Of a DNA stretch of 64,000 nucleotides, positions 30,890 to 40,589 are shown piece by piece (position 1 is the stretch's first letter; the number at the start of each line of letters is the position of its first letter). The stretch covers positions 1,888,001-1,952,000 of the forward strand of contig CBDEGZ010000003.1 in NCBI GenBank assembly GCA_965238175.1, written 5' to 3'. The notes beneath the pieces were generated by a model. It was not told the origin of the DNA, made no database searches, and saw only the letters and a program-made list of their open reading frames with translations. The translations under genes were made by a program, and so were the position numbers. Source of the DNA: Gammaproteobacteria bacterium (lineage in GTDB: Bacteria; Pseudomonadota; Gammaproteobacteria; CAJXQU01).

Positions 30890-30941
30890 TAACATTAGAT
30901 CCAAACAACGTTAACGATAATCTAATAACCGAGGAAAAAAC

Positions 30942-31457
30942 TTGAATCACTTATTAAGGAAAAAACAACAAAAACGGATTTTAACTGTTTGTACAGGCAA
31001 TATTTGTCGTTCACCAAGTGCACAAGCTGTTTTACACCAAATGGTAGAGCAAGCTGGTCTTTCTCAAGTAATTGAGATTGATTCAGCAGGAACACAAGCG
31101 ATTAATTATACGGGTGCCTCGCCCGATCCAGATGCTATTACTACCGCCGCTAGACGTCAGTATAGTTTGGCTGGTTTACAAGCCAGGCAGTTTGATTTGT
31201 CTGATTTCCATGAGTTTGACTACATTTTAGCCATGGATAAAGAGAATTATCAACGGATTTCATATTTAAAACCATTGAACTCAAGAGCAGAACTTCGTTT
31301 GTTTATGAGTTTTATACCCGCCTTGTCAAAAACCGATGTTCCTGATCCATACAGAAGGCGAATGGCCGCTTTCGAAAAAGCACTTGATCTCATTGAACTG
31401 GGTGCTGGAGCGATTGTTGAATCTTTAAAAGAGCCCCAGGGAGTTGGGATTCGGTAA
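30942..31457 (+). CDS. Low-molecular-weight protein tyrosine phosphatase
   Basis: VCTGNICRSP and VPDPY motifs. Confidence 0.92.
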   Translation: MNHLLRKKQQKRILTVCTGNICRSPSAQAVLHQMVEQAGLSQVIEIDSAGTQAINYTGASPDPDAITTAARRQYSLAGLQARQFDLSDFHEFDYILAMDKENYQRISYLKPLNSRAELRLFMSFIPALSKTDVPDPYRRRMAAFEKALDLIELGAGAIVESLKEPQGVGIR

Positions 31458-31462
31458 GTTTT

Positions 31463-31681
31463 TTACCTGGCGCGGTAAGTGATCCGACCTTTACTAAGGT
31501 CATAGGGAGTAAGTTCGACGGTAACTGCATCACCCGTCAAAATTCTAATATAATGCTTACGCATTTTACCTGAAATATGTGCAGTCACAATGTGACCATT
31601 TTCAAGCTCAACTTTAAAGGTTGTGTTTGGAAGTGTGTCAACGACTGTACCTTCCATTTGAATATTTTCTTCTTTAGCCAT
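31463..31681 (-). CDS. infA: Translation initiation factor IF-1
   Basis: [11 protein letters not shown]...[18 protein letters not shown]. Confidence 0.98.
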   Translation of the reverse strand: MAKEENIQMEGTVVDTLPNTTFKVELENGHIVTAHISGKMRKHYIRILTGDAVTVELTPYDLSKGRITYRAR

Positions 31682-31808
31682 ACTTTTAAATTTTCTTTTC
31701 CTAGTTAACCATAAATATCAGCGGGTAATTCTGCACTAATTCTGAGTTTTACTCAAAGTCTTTATTTATCTTTTATTCATTTCAAATTCAGCTAGCGTGT
31801 ATTTGTTA

Positions 31809-32073
31809 GGGGTGTTCTCAATTAGTTCGTCGTTTCTGTTGAGCCTGAAATAGTGCTAGGCAAGGCACAAGGAGGTGCGGTTTGGTCGTTCCAAATAAAC
31901 GATGCGTAACACCGCCTGGTGCTATTTCAGGCTCAACCCGCAGGGCCGGGCCCATTTTCGCCTCAGCAGCGTTATCTCTCGCTGATGTAGAACAACTACA
32001 CTAGGCTCGTTCTGCCTTGCTGAGACAAAAAATGAGCACCGGCAGAAATGACGAACTAATTGAGAACACCCCC
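31809..32073. mobile_element. About 265-bp non-autonomous MITE with 30-bp terminal inverted repeats, flanked by TA
   Basis: GGGGTGTTCTCAATTAGTTCGTCGTTTCTG versus CAGAAATGACGAACTAATTGAGAACACCCC; internal hairpin GTTGAGCCTGAAATAG/CTATTTCAGGCTCAAC; no ORF. Confidence 0.85.
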
Positions 32074-32775
32074 TAGCGACCATTGACCATTAATAAAATG
32101 TTCTTGTGGTTGATAATCCTTTTTATAACTCATTTTTTGACATGTTTTTATCCAGTAACCCAAATACAGCCATTCCAGATTGTTCTGATGAGCATAGTCG
32201 ATTTCATACAGAATCGCATAGCGCCCCAAACTACGCTGACTCAAATCGGGATTAAAAAAAGTATAAACAGCGGATAATGCATTATCTAGCTTGTCGACAA
32301 CGGCAACAGCTGCAAGTTTATGATCAAGACGAAATTCAAAGAAATTTGTTTCAGACCATTCCGAACTTAAAAATTGCATATAACTTTCAGTCGTCGGATT
32401 GTCCATTCCGCCGCCAGCGTGTCTGCTTGCGAGATAGCGTTTGTATAGATCAAAATGGGTCTGATCAAACTCCGCTGGTTTAATTTCAATTATCAGATCT
32501 TGATTTTGATTCCAGGTTCGTTTTTGATTGCGTGAACGCTTGAAATGTTTGATCGGAATCCGTGTTGCTAAACAAGCACTGCAATGTTGACAGTGGGGTC
32601 GATAGATAAATTCGCCAGAACGGCGAAAACCTTGTTCAGATAACCAGGTTTGTATTGTTTTTGTCTTGGGTAAATCTGGTTCAGCAAAAACCGAGGTGGA
32701 TTTTTGATCAGGCAAGTAACTGCAAGGGCTTTCAGGGCCAGCATATAAATCCATTTTCTTTGGTAATTCAGTCAT
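32056..32775 (-). CDS. bpt: Aspartate/glutamate leucyltransferase (Bpt/ATE-like)
   Basis: CSYLP, GFRRSG..IYRP.C..C, SAVYTFF and YLGYWI..C.KM.YK motifs; downstream of aat. Confidence 0.9.
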   Translation of the reverse strand: MTELPKKMDLYAGPESPCSYLPDQKSTSVFAEPDLPKTKTIQTWLSEQGFRRSGEFIYRPHCQHCSACLATRIPIKHFKRSRNQKRTWNQNQDLIIEIKPAEFDQTHFDLYKRYLASRHAGGGMDNPTTESYMQFLSSEWSETNFFEFRLDHKLAAVAVVDKLDNALSAVYTFFNPDLSQRSLGRYAILYEIDYAHQNNLEWLYLGYWIKTCQKMSYKKDYQPQEHFINGQWSLGGVLN

Positions 32776-33475
32776 AATGTTGCCATGCATCTACCGAAGC
32801 TGCTTTGACACAAATTTGATCAAGCAGCTGAGTGAATTGTTGTCTCGAAATTTGTACGGCTCCCATACTCTGAAGATGCTCACTGTCAACCTGACAATCG
32901 ATCAATCTATAATTCCAGTTTTGCAATAACTCACCCAGTTTAATTAAACAGATCTTTGACGCATTGGAAACACAGCTAAACATCGATTCCCCAAAAAACA
33001 CTTGACCAATTGTGACACCATAAATACCGCCCACCAATTCGTCATCCAGCCAACATTCTACAGAATGAGCAGACTGATTATGATGTAGTTTGATATAGGC
33101 CGCTTGCATTTCTGAGGTTATCCACGTGCCATTTCCATCAGCCCGAGAAGCAGCACATGCGTGTATCACCTGTTCAAAAGCACGATCATATGTAATGTTA
33201 AATTGTTGACGTTTGATTGTTTTTTTTAAACTACGGGAAAGGTGGATCTGATCAGGATATAACACGGTACGAGGATTAGGGGACCACCATAAGATAGGTT
33301 GTTCTATATCATACCAAGGGAAAATGCCATTTCGATAAGCTTCTATTAGCCTTGAGGAACTGAGATCGCCACCCGCAGCAAGAAGGCCGTCAGGATCAGT
33401 TAACGCTTCCTCAACGGGTGGAAACCCATTTTTATATTTATTTGTTCTAATCCAGAGTAGTTTTGTTTCATCCAT
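32768..33475 (-). CDS. aat: Leucyl/phenylalanyl-tRNA-protein transferase
   Basis: GLLAAGGDL, AY..GIFPW, WWSPNPR and FFGESMFS motifs. Confidence 0.95.
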   Translation of the reverse strand: MDETKLLWIRTNKYKNGFPPVEEALTDPDGLLAAGGDLSSSRLIEAYRNGIFPWYDIEQPILWWSPNPRTVLYPDQIHLSRSLKKTIKRQQFNITYDRAFEQVIHACAASRADGNGTWITSEMQAAYIKLHHNQSAHSVECWLDDELVGGIYGVTIGQVFFGESMFSCVSNASKICLIKLGELLQNWNYRLIDCQVDSEHLQSMGAVQISRQQFTQLLDQICVKAASVDAWQHYD

Positions 33476-33502
33476 ATGAAAAAGATCGTAGCATATTGAA
33501 TT

Positions 33503-34489
33503 ATGAAACGACGGCAATTTTTAGACTATGCAGTCAACGCTGCAATATTAATAGGGTCAGGCATTAACACTGTAAAGATAATGGCCAATGAGATAAAAAC
33601 CGGACTGGTACTTGAGGATGATTTTAAACATCATTTGATTGATCCGACTCATCCCGAGTCTCCTGGCAGATACCATGCGATCAAGCAAGTTTTTACTGAG
33701 CAAGATTTAATCTCTCAACTTATACGAATTGAACCTTTACGCGATATTGATCATTTACTGGAACTAAATCATACAAAAGAGCATATCCAATCGATCAAAA
33801 ATACTAGTCTTGATACACACAATAATGTCAGCTTGGCCACCGGCGGTGTGCTTGCGGCGGTTGATCAGGTGTGTTTGGGGAAATTAAAAAATGCTTTCTG
33901 TGCAAGTCGCCCTCCAGGGCATCATGCTCGCAATACAGGTCGAGAAGAAGGGTTCTGTTATTACAATCACGTGGCCATTGCAGCGCGCTATGCACAACAG
34001 AAATACAAATTGAAAAAGGTATTAATCGTAGACTGGGATTACCATCATGGCGATGGTACGGAACAAAGTTTTTATACTGATCCTGATGTACTATTTTTTT
34101 CTACGCATGATTATTTTGCCTATCCAGGTACCGGTGATCCTAATAAAAAGGGTGCTGGAGCCGGGGAGGGGTTGAACATCAACGTACATCTGGAATGTGG
34201 TTCAGGTGACGCTGAATTTATACAAGCTTTTGAACAAAAATTATTACCAGTGGCAGATCAATTTAAGCCAGATTTAATCTTAATCTCGTGCGGGTTTGAC
34301 AGCCGTGAAAATGATCTTCTAGGTTGTTTTAACGTTACTAATGATGGTTATAAACAATTGACAAAAATGGTCACAACAATCGCGGATAAGCATTGTCAGA
34401 GTAAATTAATTTCCGTATTGGAGGGTGGTTATAATCTCCGAGGAATAGCAGAAGCGGCGGCTGCACATGTAAAAGTGCTTATGGCTTAA
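33503..34489 (+). CDS. Histone-deacetylase-family amidohydrolase with a twin-arginine-like leader
   Basis: HPESPGR, RPPGHHA, GFCYYN, DWDYHHGDG, GFD and LEGGY motifs; N-terminal RRQFL. Confidence 0.9.
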   Translation: MKRRQFLDYAVNAAILIGSGINTVKIMANEIKTGLVLEDDFKHHLIDPTHPESPGRYHAIKQVFTEQDLISQLIRIEPLRDIDHLLELNHTKEHIQSIKNTSLDTHNNVSLATGGVLAAVDQVCLGKLKNAFCASRPPGHHARNTGREEGFCYYNHVAIAARYAQQKYKLKKVLIVDWDYHHGDGTEQSFYTDPDVLFFSTHDYFAYPGTGDPNKKGAGAGEGLNINVHLECGSGDAEFIQAFEQKLLPVADQFKPDLILISCGFDSRENDLLGCFNVTNDGYKQLTKMVTTIADKHCQSKLISVLEGGYNLRGIAEAAAAHVKVLMA

Positions 34490-34520
34490 AAAGACTTAAC
34501 TTGTTCCGTAGACATTAAAC

Positions 34521-35948
34521 TCAATTGTAGCTTTGAACCCAGGCAACGAGTTGCTCAAGTATTTTCTGATCTTTTTCTGACATTGTTTGTTGCGCTAATT
34601 CCTCCATACGTATTTGAAATTCATTGACGCTCAGGCTACAGCCATGTTCACCGTCGATAAGACGTTCATGACAAAATGCTTGCCAGTCCCCTTGTTCTTC
34701 TCCGTTTAATGTTTCTGGCCAGTTTCGAGCACGATAGCGGCCATAAAGTGTCTGCAAACGTTGATCAGAAAAGGGTGGTTGCCAGTCTGCTAGTTGTTCT
34801 GGGCTTGATTCCAGGATCTTGTCACAGTAGCGACGATCATTATTATTGATAAATCCCTCATAGAGTGCTGAATCTGCATCACTAGTTCCAAAGTCAGGTT
34901 TCATCAAATACAGTTCACGTAATTTGGCTGACAAGGTTTGATCAGATAATAACTTTTGTCGATTTTTTTCAACTTCTGGCCAGATTATTTCCCAACGTTC
35001 TGCCAACTCAGCAGGCAGGGTTTTTATCGGCGCAAGAGCAGGGGATTTGTTTAAATGAACTCCTTTTAGAGCGACTCGTTGCTGCTCTTCTTTCCGTTCA
35101 CTATTTGGAGTAAATAAATTAACTGAGATATCTTCAGCAGACATTTGTAATAATTGATCAGGAGCATGACGACAGTCATAAACAATAATTTCATTTTTGT
35201 TAATTGGATGTTGTAGCAGTGGAACAACGGGTGAAATACACCCTTGTGTGGCAGGGAACATTCCTGAGATATGCAGCACGATTTCTTGCGTGCGTAGATT
35301 CAATAATTCAGCAACTTTATCTTTGCGTCTTAGCTCATAATAAAAATCAAACAAACGCGGTTTTAATTTTTTGATCAAACGTGCGATCTCAATAGTTGCC
35401 CGAACATCAACCAGGGCATCATGGGCACCTACTTGTTCGATTTCATTCGCCGCAGTCAGATGCTCAAGACGAAAGCTTGGGATCCCGGGTTCACGTTCAG
35501 GCCAATTAATATCTTCAGGACGTAATGCATACGTCATTCTGACAAGATCGAGTATATCCCATCGACTATTACCATTTTGCCACTCGCGCGCATAGGGATC
35601 GATAAAGTTTCGATAAAAACCAAATCGACTCACTTCGTCATCAAAACGAATACTGTTATAGCCGACACCACACGTTCCAGGCACGGAAAATTCGTCGTTG
35701 ATCATTTTAAAGAAGGTCGCTTCGTTAACCCCTTTTGCTGCAGCTTCTTGTGGTGTGATCCCGGTTACTAAAGCGGCATCTGGTGAAGGTAAAAAATCAT
35801 GTGTTGGTTGGTTGTACATCATAATCGGTTCACCGATCACTTCCAATTCTGTATTAGTACGAATGGCGGCGAATTGACTGGCACGATCACGACGAGGATC
35901 GATCCCCCAGGTTTCGTAGTCATGCCATAAGAATGTGGAATTAGACAA
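34521..35948 (-). CDS. sbcB: Exodeoxyribonuclease I
   Basis: HDYETWG, GYNSIRFDDE, AHDALVDV and RYRARN motifs. Confidence 0.95.
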   Translation of the reverse strand: MSNSTFLWHDYETWGIDPRRDRASQFAAIRTNTELEVIGEPIMMYNQPTHDFLPSPDAALVTGITPQEAAAKGVNEATFFKMINDEFSVPGTCGVGYNSIRFDDEVSRFGFYRNFIDPYAREWQNGNSRWDILDLVRMTYALRPEDINWPEREPGIPSFRLEHLTAANEIEQVGAHDALVDVRATIEIARLIKKLKPRLFDFYYELRRKDKVAELLNLRTQEIVLHISGMFPATQGCISPVVPLLQHPINKNEIIVYDCRHAPDQLLQMSAEDISVNLFTPNSERKEEQQRVALKGVHLNKSPALAPIKTLPAELAERWEIIWPEVEKNRQKLLSDQTLSAKLRELYLMKPDFGTSDADSALYEGFINNNDRRYCDKILESSPEQLADWQPPFSDQRLQTLYGRYRARNWPETLNGEEQGDWQAFCHERLIDGEHGCSLSVNEFQIRMEELAQQTMSEKDQKILEQLVAWVQSYN

Positions 35949-36106
35949 GATTATTTCCTATTGATTGGATTATTAAATATTACCGTGGAGCATATCTGAT
36001 ATGCATTTTTTATGGTAGTCACAATTTATCTTCATTTCTCTTTAAGAATTTACTAACTCGGCCGAAAACCTAGATGTGTATTTTTTAAAAATTCAACTGG
36101 TGAATT

Positions 36107-37147
36107 GTGAGATTTAACATCCTTGATTTAATTAGATTTATCGCGGCACTTTGTGTTGTGTTATATCACTATACTGCAGGTGAATTTTATACCTCCTATG
36201 GTTTCCTCACCGAAGTTACCAAGTTTGGTTACTTAGGAGTCCCTTTGTTTTTTATGCTGAGTGGTTTTGTTATCAGCGCTTCTGCACTTAATCGGACGCC
36301 AGCTGAGTTTGCAATCTCAAGACTCACTCGATTGTACCCGACTATTTTTGTTTGCTTGAGTATTACGACTGCAATAGTTCTACTATTTGGAAGTTCTGAG
36401 GATCAGCTTTCCGTTAAACAATTCATAAGTAATCTGACATTGTTGAACACATATGTTGGTGAGGAGTATATCGATGGTGTTTATTGGACCTTACTTGCTG
36501 AACTAAAATTTTACTGCTGTGTGTTTATATTATTAACGTTAGGTTTATTTGAAAAGTTTAAAATTTGGCTTAGTTGTTGGATGATAATGACTGTTATATT
36601 TTTGCTATATGGTCAGCCATTTTTTATGGGTTGGTTTATAAGCCCGGAATACTCTGCCTTTTTTATCGCCGGTGTTACTTTTTATCTTGCAGCGAAGAAT
36701 GGTTATAACAAGTTTTATATAAGTCTTTTAGCTTCATCGTTCATCGTCGGCAGTATTTTAGCGAATCAACAGGCTGAAGGATTTATGGAAAAATATGTCC
36801 CTGGTCAAATAGATCATCTTATTGTATTTGCATTTATTTGTTCTTTTTACATTCTGTTTTATCTGATTTCAAAAGATAGAATCCAGATTGGAAAGAGTCA
36901 GTTTTTATTAACGCTTGGAGGGATGACATATCCACTTTATCTACTCCATGGACGGATAGGAAATATAGCTTATAAGAATATGACAGGTTTTGATCCGCTA
37001 ATACTTCTAATTTTACTGATTGGATTAATGCTATTTTTGTCCTATCAAGTTCATACTCACATGGAAAAAAGAATCGCAAATTCGATCAAGAATTATCTTT
37101 TTGACAAGTTGCAGCTGTACAAGAGCGAAAGAAAGATAGTCAATTGA
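36107..37147 (+). CDS. Acyltransferase family 3 (OafA-like)
   Basis: LD.IRF.AA..VV.YH, GV.LFFMLSGFVI, R.TRLYP and WTL..E..FY motifs. Confidence 0.88.
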   Translation: MRFNILDLIRFIAALCVVLYHYTAGEFYTSYGFLTEVTKFGYLGVPLFFMLSGFVISASALNRTPAEFAISRLTRLYPTIFVCLSITTAIVLLFGSSEDQLSVKQFISNLTLLNTYVGEEYIDGVYWTLLAELKFYCCVFILLTLGLFEKFKIWLSCWMIMTVIFLLYGQPFFMGWFISPEYSAFFIAGVTFYLAAKNGYNKFYISLLASSFIVGSILANQQAEGFMEKYVPGQIDHLIVFAFICSFYILFYLISKDRIQIGKSQFLLTLGGMTYPLYLLHGRIGNIAYKNMTGFDPLILLILLIGLMLFLSYQVHTHMEKRIANSIKNYLFDKLQLYKSERKIVN

Positions 37148-37217
37148 GTAAGGATGAACAAGATCTGATCAAAAATAGTTAATAGATTTAACCAGATCTT
37201 AATTTTTCAAAAAAAAC

Positions 37218-37388
37218 TTAAAGTGCTTCTGCACCGGCTTTAGCCATCTGCCCATCTTGAGATGACAGCACACCACTGATCCCAATAGCACCAACAATTT
37301 CACCATTACTTTTTATAGTGATCCCTCCTTCTATCGGCAACATTCCATCAAGTGATAAATAACCCTGACGACCATAATAGTTCATCAT
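37218..37388 (-). pseudogene. C-terminal remnant of a GlcG/HbpS heme-binding protein
   Basis: Translation ...LPIEGGITIKSNGEIVGAIGISGVLSSQDGQMAKAGAEAL*; only 56 aa, with the N-terminal half missing. Confidence 0.7.
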
Positions 37389-37441
37389 GGTTGAGCTATC
37401 TCACGATTTATTTTTATACTTTGATAAACAATACCTTTAAC

Positions 37442-37984
37442 TTACCAATGTAAGTCATCTGGAATTTGAAAATCTGCGTAGGGATCACTTTCATCCTCAC
37501 CAGCGTCTTTTTTATCATTCAGAAGAATAAATACACGCGGATTCTTTTGAGCAACTTTTTCAGCGACTTCGGATGGAACGACACTATACTGATTTTTGAA
37601 TTTAACGATGGCTAGTCTTCCGTTACTGATTTTATCTCTAACAGAACTTGAAATGTATATGGTTTTAATCTTTTTCTGATCAGTAAAGTTAAATGATTCA
37701 CCCTCTTTCTCATCTGCAAGGCGATGAGTGTTGATCAATTGTTGAATTTGAGCGTTAACGGCTTGTTGATTAGCTTTCTCTTTTTGTTGCAGGTTGAGTT
37801 TTCTATCTTCTTCTTTCTTCTTTAACAAAGCCTTTTGCGCATTTATTTTATTTTGATCTTGAACGGGCTGTTTCGTATTGCGCTGTTGCTTATTATTTTT
37901 AGACTTTTCTTTTTGTAATTTCTGGGCTCGTTGTTTATCAACCAAACCCATTTTGAGCATTTGTTCTTGTAGTGATTTTGCCAT
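37442..37984 (-). CDS. DUF2058 (YaiL-like) protein
   Basis: MAKSLQEQMLKMGLVD start and DPYADFQIPDDLHW end. Confidence 0.88.
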   Translation of the reverse strand: MAKSLQEQMLKMGLVDKQRAQKLQKEKSKNNKQQRNTKQPVQDQNKINAQKALLKKKEEDRKLNLQQKEKANQQAVNAQIQQLINTHRLADEKEGESFNFTDQKKIKTIYISSSVRDKISNGRLAIVKFKNQYSVVPSEVAEKVAQKNPRVFILLNDKKDAGEDESDPYADFQIPDDLHW

Positions 37985-38185
37985 TTTTTTCAGTTCAACT
38001 ATATTTTGTTTAATTTTATAGTATCTGGTCAAAATAGAATACTTATTTTTGATTTCATCAGTATGAAATAATTATTGACTATCCTAACTAACTTATTCAG
38101 AAAATAAATTTTGGAATCAATATGTTACCGTTTAAGAAAATGATATTGTTTGTAGCAGTGGTCTTTCATTTAATATTAATGTCCA

Positions 38186-38299
38186 ATTGACGCAAAACAT
38201 AGTCCTAATCGTAAACCACTACTTGTGGTTACTAACGAAGTAAGTGGCACAACAGCAATTTACAAAATCAAAGTCCGATCAAAACATAAACATCATTAA
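38186..38299 (+). pseudogene. C-terminal remnant of an alkaline-phosphatase-like (choice-of-anchor I type) beta-propeller protein
   Basis: IDAKHSPNRKPLLVVTNEVSGTTAIYKIK...*, with an in-frame stop just upstream at 38177 and no start codon. Confidence 0.55.
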
Positions 38300-38340
38300 T
38301 GGTTTAACGACCTTAAGAACTAATTTGATGCAAGTAAAAT

Positions 38341-38361
38341 CAGGGTAACTCGCTTACCCTG
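38341..38361. terminator. Hairpin / possible terminator
   Basis: CAGGGTAA-ctcgc-TTACCCTG. Confidence 0.4.
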
Positions 38362-38544
38362 GCTTGTATAATATTTTTAATTCACATTAATACCCTTAGT
38401 CTGGAGAGACCTCGTGAAATAATACCTGCTTTACATGAACGCTATTTCTTAACAAACTAAGCTAAAACAAAAACCATATTCATTTCTTAAATAGAAACGG
38501 AAGTTAGCTGGTTTGAAACTTCTGCCTCATAATAAGGATAAAGC

Positions 38545-40407
38545 TTGAGTAAACTTACCAGATCCTTCTATATTGCATTCATTGCTGCCTTGACGGGATG
38601 TCTTCTGCTGACGAGTACTTTAGGTGAGCGTCTGGAAGAAAACCTGGGTGAAATTTTTCTGTATAAGTTACGAGGAACTGTTTCGCCACCACCTGATGTG
38701 GCGATGGTTTATATTGATGGTAATACGGCTACTCAACTGGGTTTATCAGAAGAGTTAAAAAAATGGCCGCGTTCTGTTCATGCTTGTATTTTGAAGAAAC
38801 TTAAAGCCGCTGGTGCAAGTGTTGTTGTCTTTGACATTGCTTTCCTCGAGCCTGAAGTGACAATGACACACCCAGAGGAGATCTGTTCCGAAATACCTGC
38901 AGGAAACCATGCGGATGATGCCTTTGTTGATGCTGTTAAAGACTTTGGTAACGTTATACTTCTGGAAAAGCTGGAACAAGTGAACTATCGGACACCTGAT
39001 CAAACGCTTTCTACCTCTCAATCGATCAAACCGTTTGAAAAGTTAGCTGAAGCAGCCGTAGCCACAGGGCCATTTGTCTTGCCAGATGAAACATTGCGAC
39101 TTGCTACATTTTGGGCTTATCTTTGTGATCAACAATTGCTCAATAGAGTTGGTGGCTGTGCTAATAAAATAGCAACTCTTCCTATGTTAGCCCTACAGCA
39201 CTCTGAGGTTGAAAATAAACCAATAGATCTTCAACTTAATAAAAGTACTGACAGCATGAGGCTGAATTTTTATGGTCCGCCACGAACAATTCCTTGTCGT
39301 TCTTATCAGTCAATACTTGATCCAATGTTGCGAGATGAAGCGTGTGGCGATGTGGACTTTTCGGGGAAAGTGGTTTTTATTGGTATAGCAGAATACGATC
39401 GGCCTGCTCAGACTGATAGTTACTATACGGTTTTTTCAGGAAATGATGGTATTGATCTTGTCGGCGTTGAAGTGATGGCAACGGCATTTGCAAATCTTTT
39501 GACGGAGACCACGCTCAATAAACCCAACACAATTTATAGCCTGCTGATTATTGTTCTTGTGGCTATTATTCTAGGGATTCTTGTCTCTTTCTTTTCGTTA
39601 CTAACGGCTCTCGGTATTGGATCAGTCATTTTTATAACTTATCTGGCAATTGCTTATGTCGCTTTTACAAAATACTATCTGATACTGCCTGTCATGACTC
39701 CAATACTAATCCAGTCAACAGTAGCAATCATAATAGCCAGTTTCATACATTACCGTTATGAGAAAATTCGTCGAGAAGCGTTGCAACAGATCACCGGATA
39801 CTACATTTCAGAAAATGAGACTGATCAATCAACTTATGTATTGCCACCAACGGGACTAGTTTATGGTGTCTGTATGGCAACAGATATGGAGAATTCAACC
39901 GTACTTGTGGAAATGCTTGGGCCATCGAGATTTGCAGAGCTGATGGATTTATACTATTCCGAGTTGGCTTTAATAATAAAAAAACATGACGGCATATTAT
40001 TAGATATCGCCGGGGATGGAACAATGTCCGCCTGGCTCTTTAATAAAGAAGAATTTCCTAACGTTCAGACAAAAGCATGCAATGCTGCTTTAGAAATTAT
40101 CGCTGTGCAGGAACATTTGACAGTTAGTTTGAATAGTCCAATCCAAACACGGATCGGTTTGCATGCAGGGGAATTTACTTTGAATTTTGTCCGCATTGGC
40201 ATGCGTTACTTTTATAAAGGTACTGGCAATACGCTACATATCGCTTCACGAATTGAACAACTGAATAAAAAGTTGAACACAAAAATACTTCTGTCAGAGT
40301 CTATAGAAAAGAGCGTGGATAAAATCGCGCTGCAGCCTCATGGTTTATTTACGATTAAAGGGTTAAGCAAAAAAGTTAAAATATTTGAAATGTCAGAAAC
40401 AAAATAA
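38545..40407 (+). CDS. CHASE2-domain class III nucleotide cyclase (receptor cyclase)
   Basis: N-terminal TM; CHASE2 motifs WPRS.HA, VVVFDIAF, LNFYGP, GKVVFIG, GVEV.AT; three TMs; cyclase core TDMENST, AGDG, RIGLHAG, ASRIE, IKG. Confidence 0.9.
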   Translation: MSKLTRSFYIAFIAALTGCLLLTSTLGERLEENLGEIFLYKLRGTVSPPPDVAMVYIDGNTATQLGLSEELKKWPRSVHACILKKLKAAGASVVVFDIAFLEPEVTMTHPEEICSEIPAGNHADDAFVDAVKDFGNVILLEKLEQVNYRTPDQTLSTSQSIKPFEKLAEAAVATGPFVLPDETLRLATFWAYLCDQQLLNRVGGCANKIATLPMLALQHSEVENKPIDLQLNKSTDSMRLNFYGPPRTIPCRSYQSILDPMLRDEACGDVDFSGKVVFIGIAEYDRPAQTDSYYTVFSGNDGIDLVGVEVMATAFANLLTETTLNKPNTIYSLLIIVLVAIILGILVSFFSLLTALGIGSVIFITYLAIAYVAFTKYYLILPVMTPILIQSTVAIIIASFIHYRYEKIRREALQQITGYYISENETDQSTYVLPPTGLVYGVCMATDMENSTVLVEMLGPSRFAELMDLYYSELALIIKKHDGILLDIAGDGTMSAWLFNKEEFPNVQTKACNAALEIIAVQEHLTVSLNSPIQTRIGLHAGEFTLNFVRIGMRYFYKGTGNTLHIASRIEQLNKKLNTKILLSESIEKSVDKIALQPHGLFTIKGLSKKVKIFEMSETK

Positions 40408-40589
40408 ATGTAAATCTATCTAATACCCTTAGGCAGCTTGCGTGAAAATAGGATACTATTTAAGGTTCCGGAGACACTCGTGAGAAACTGTAAAACAACG
40501 TTTTAATAATACTAACAATAAATACTCATTAGAAAGTGTACCGCTGTTATAAGCAAGTCTAAGGTAACCGGATAAATAAAGGGGATGGC

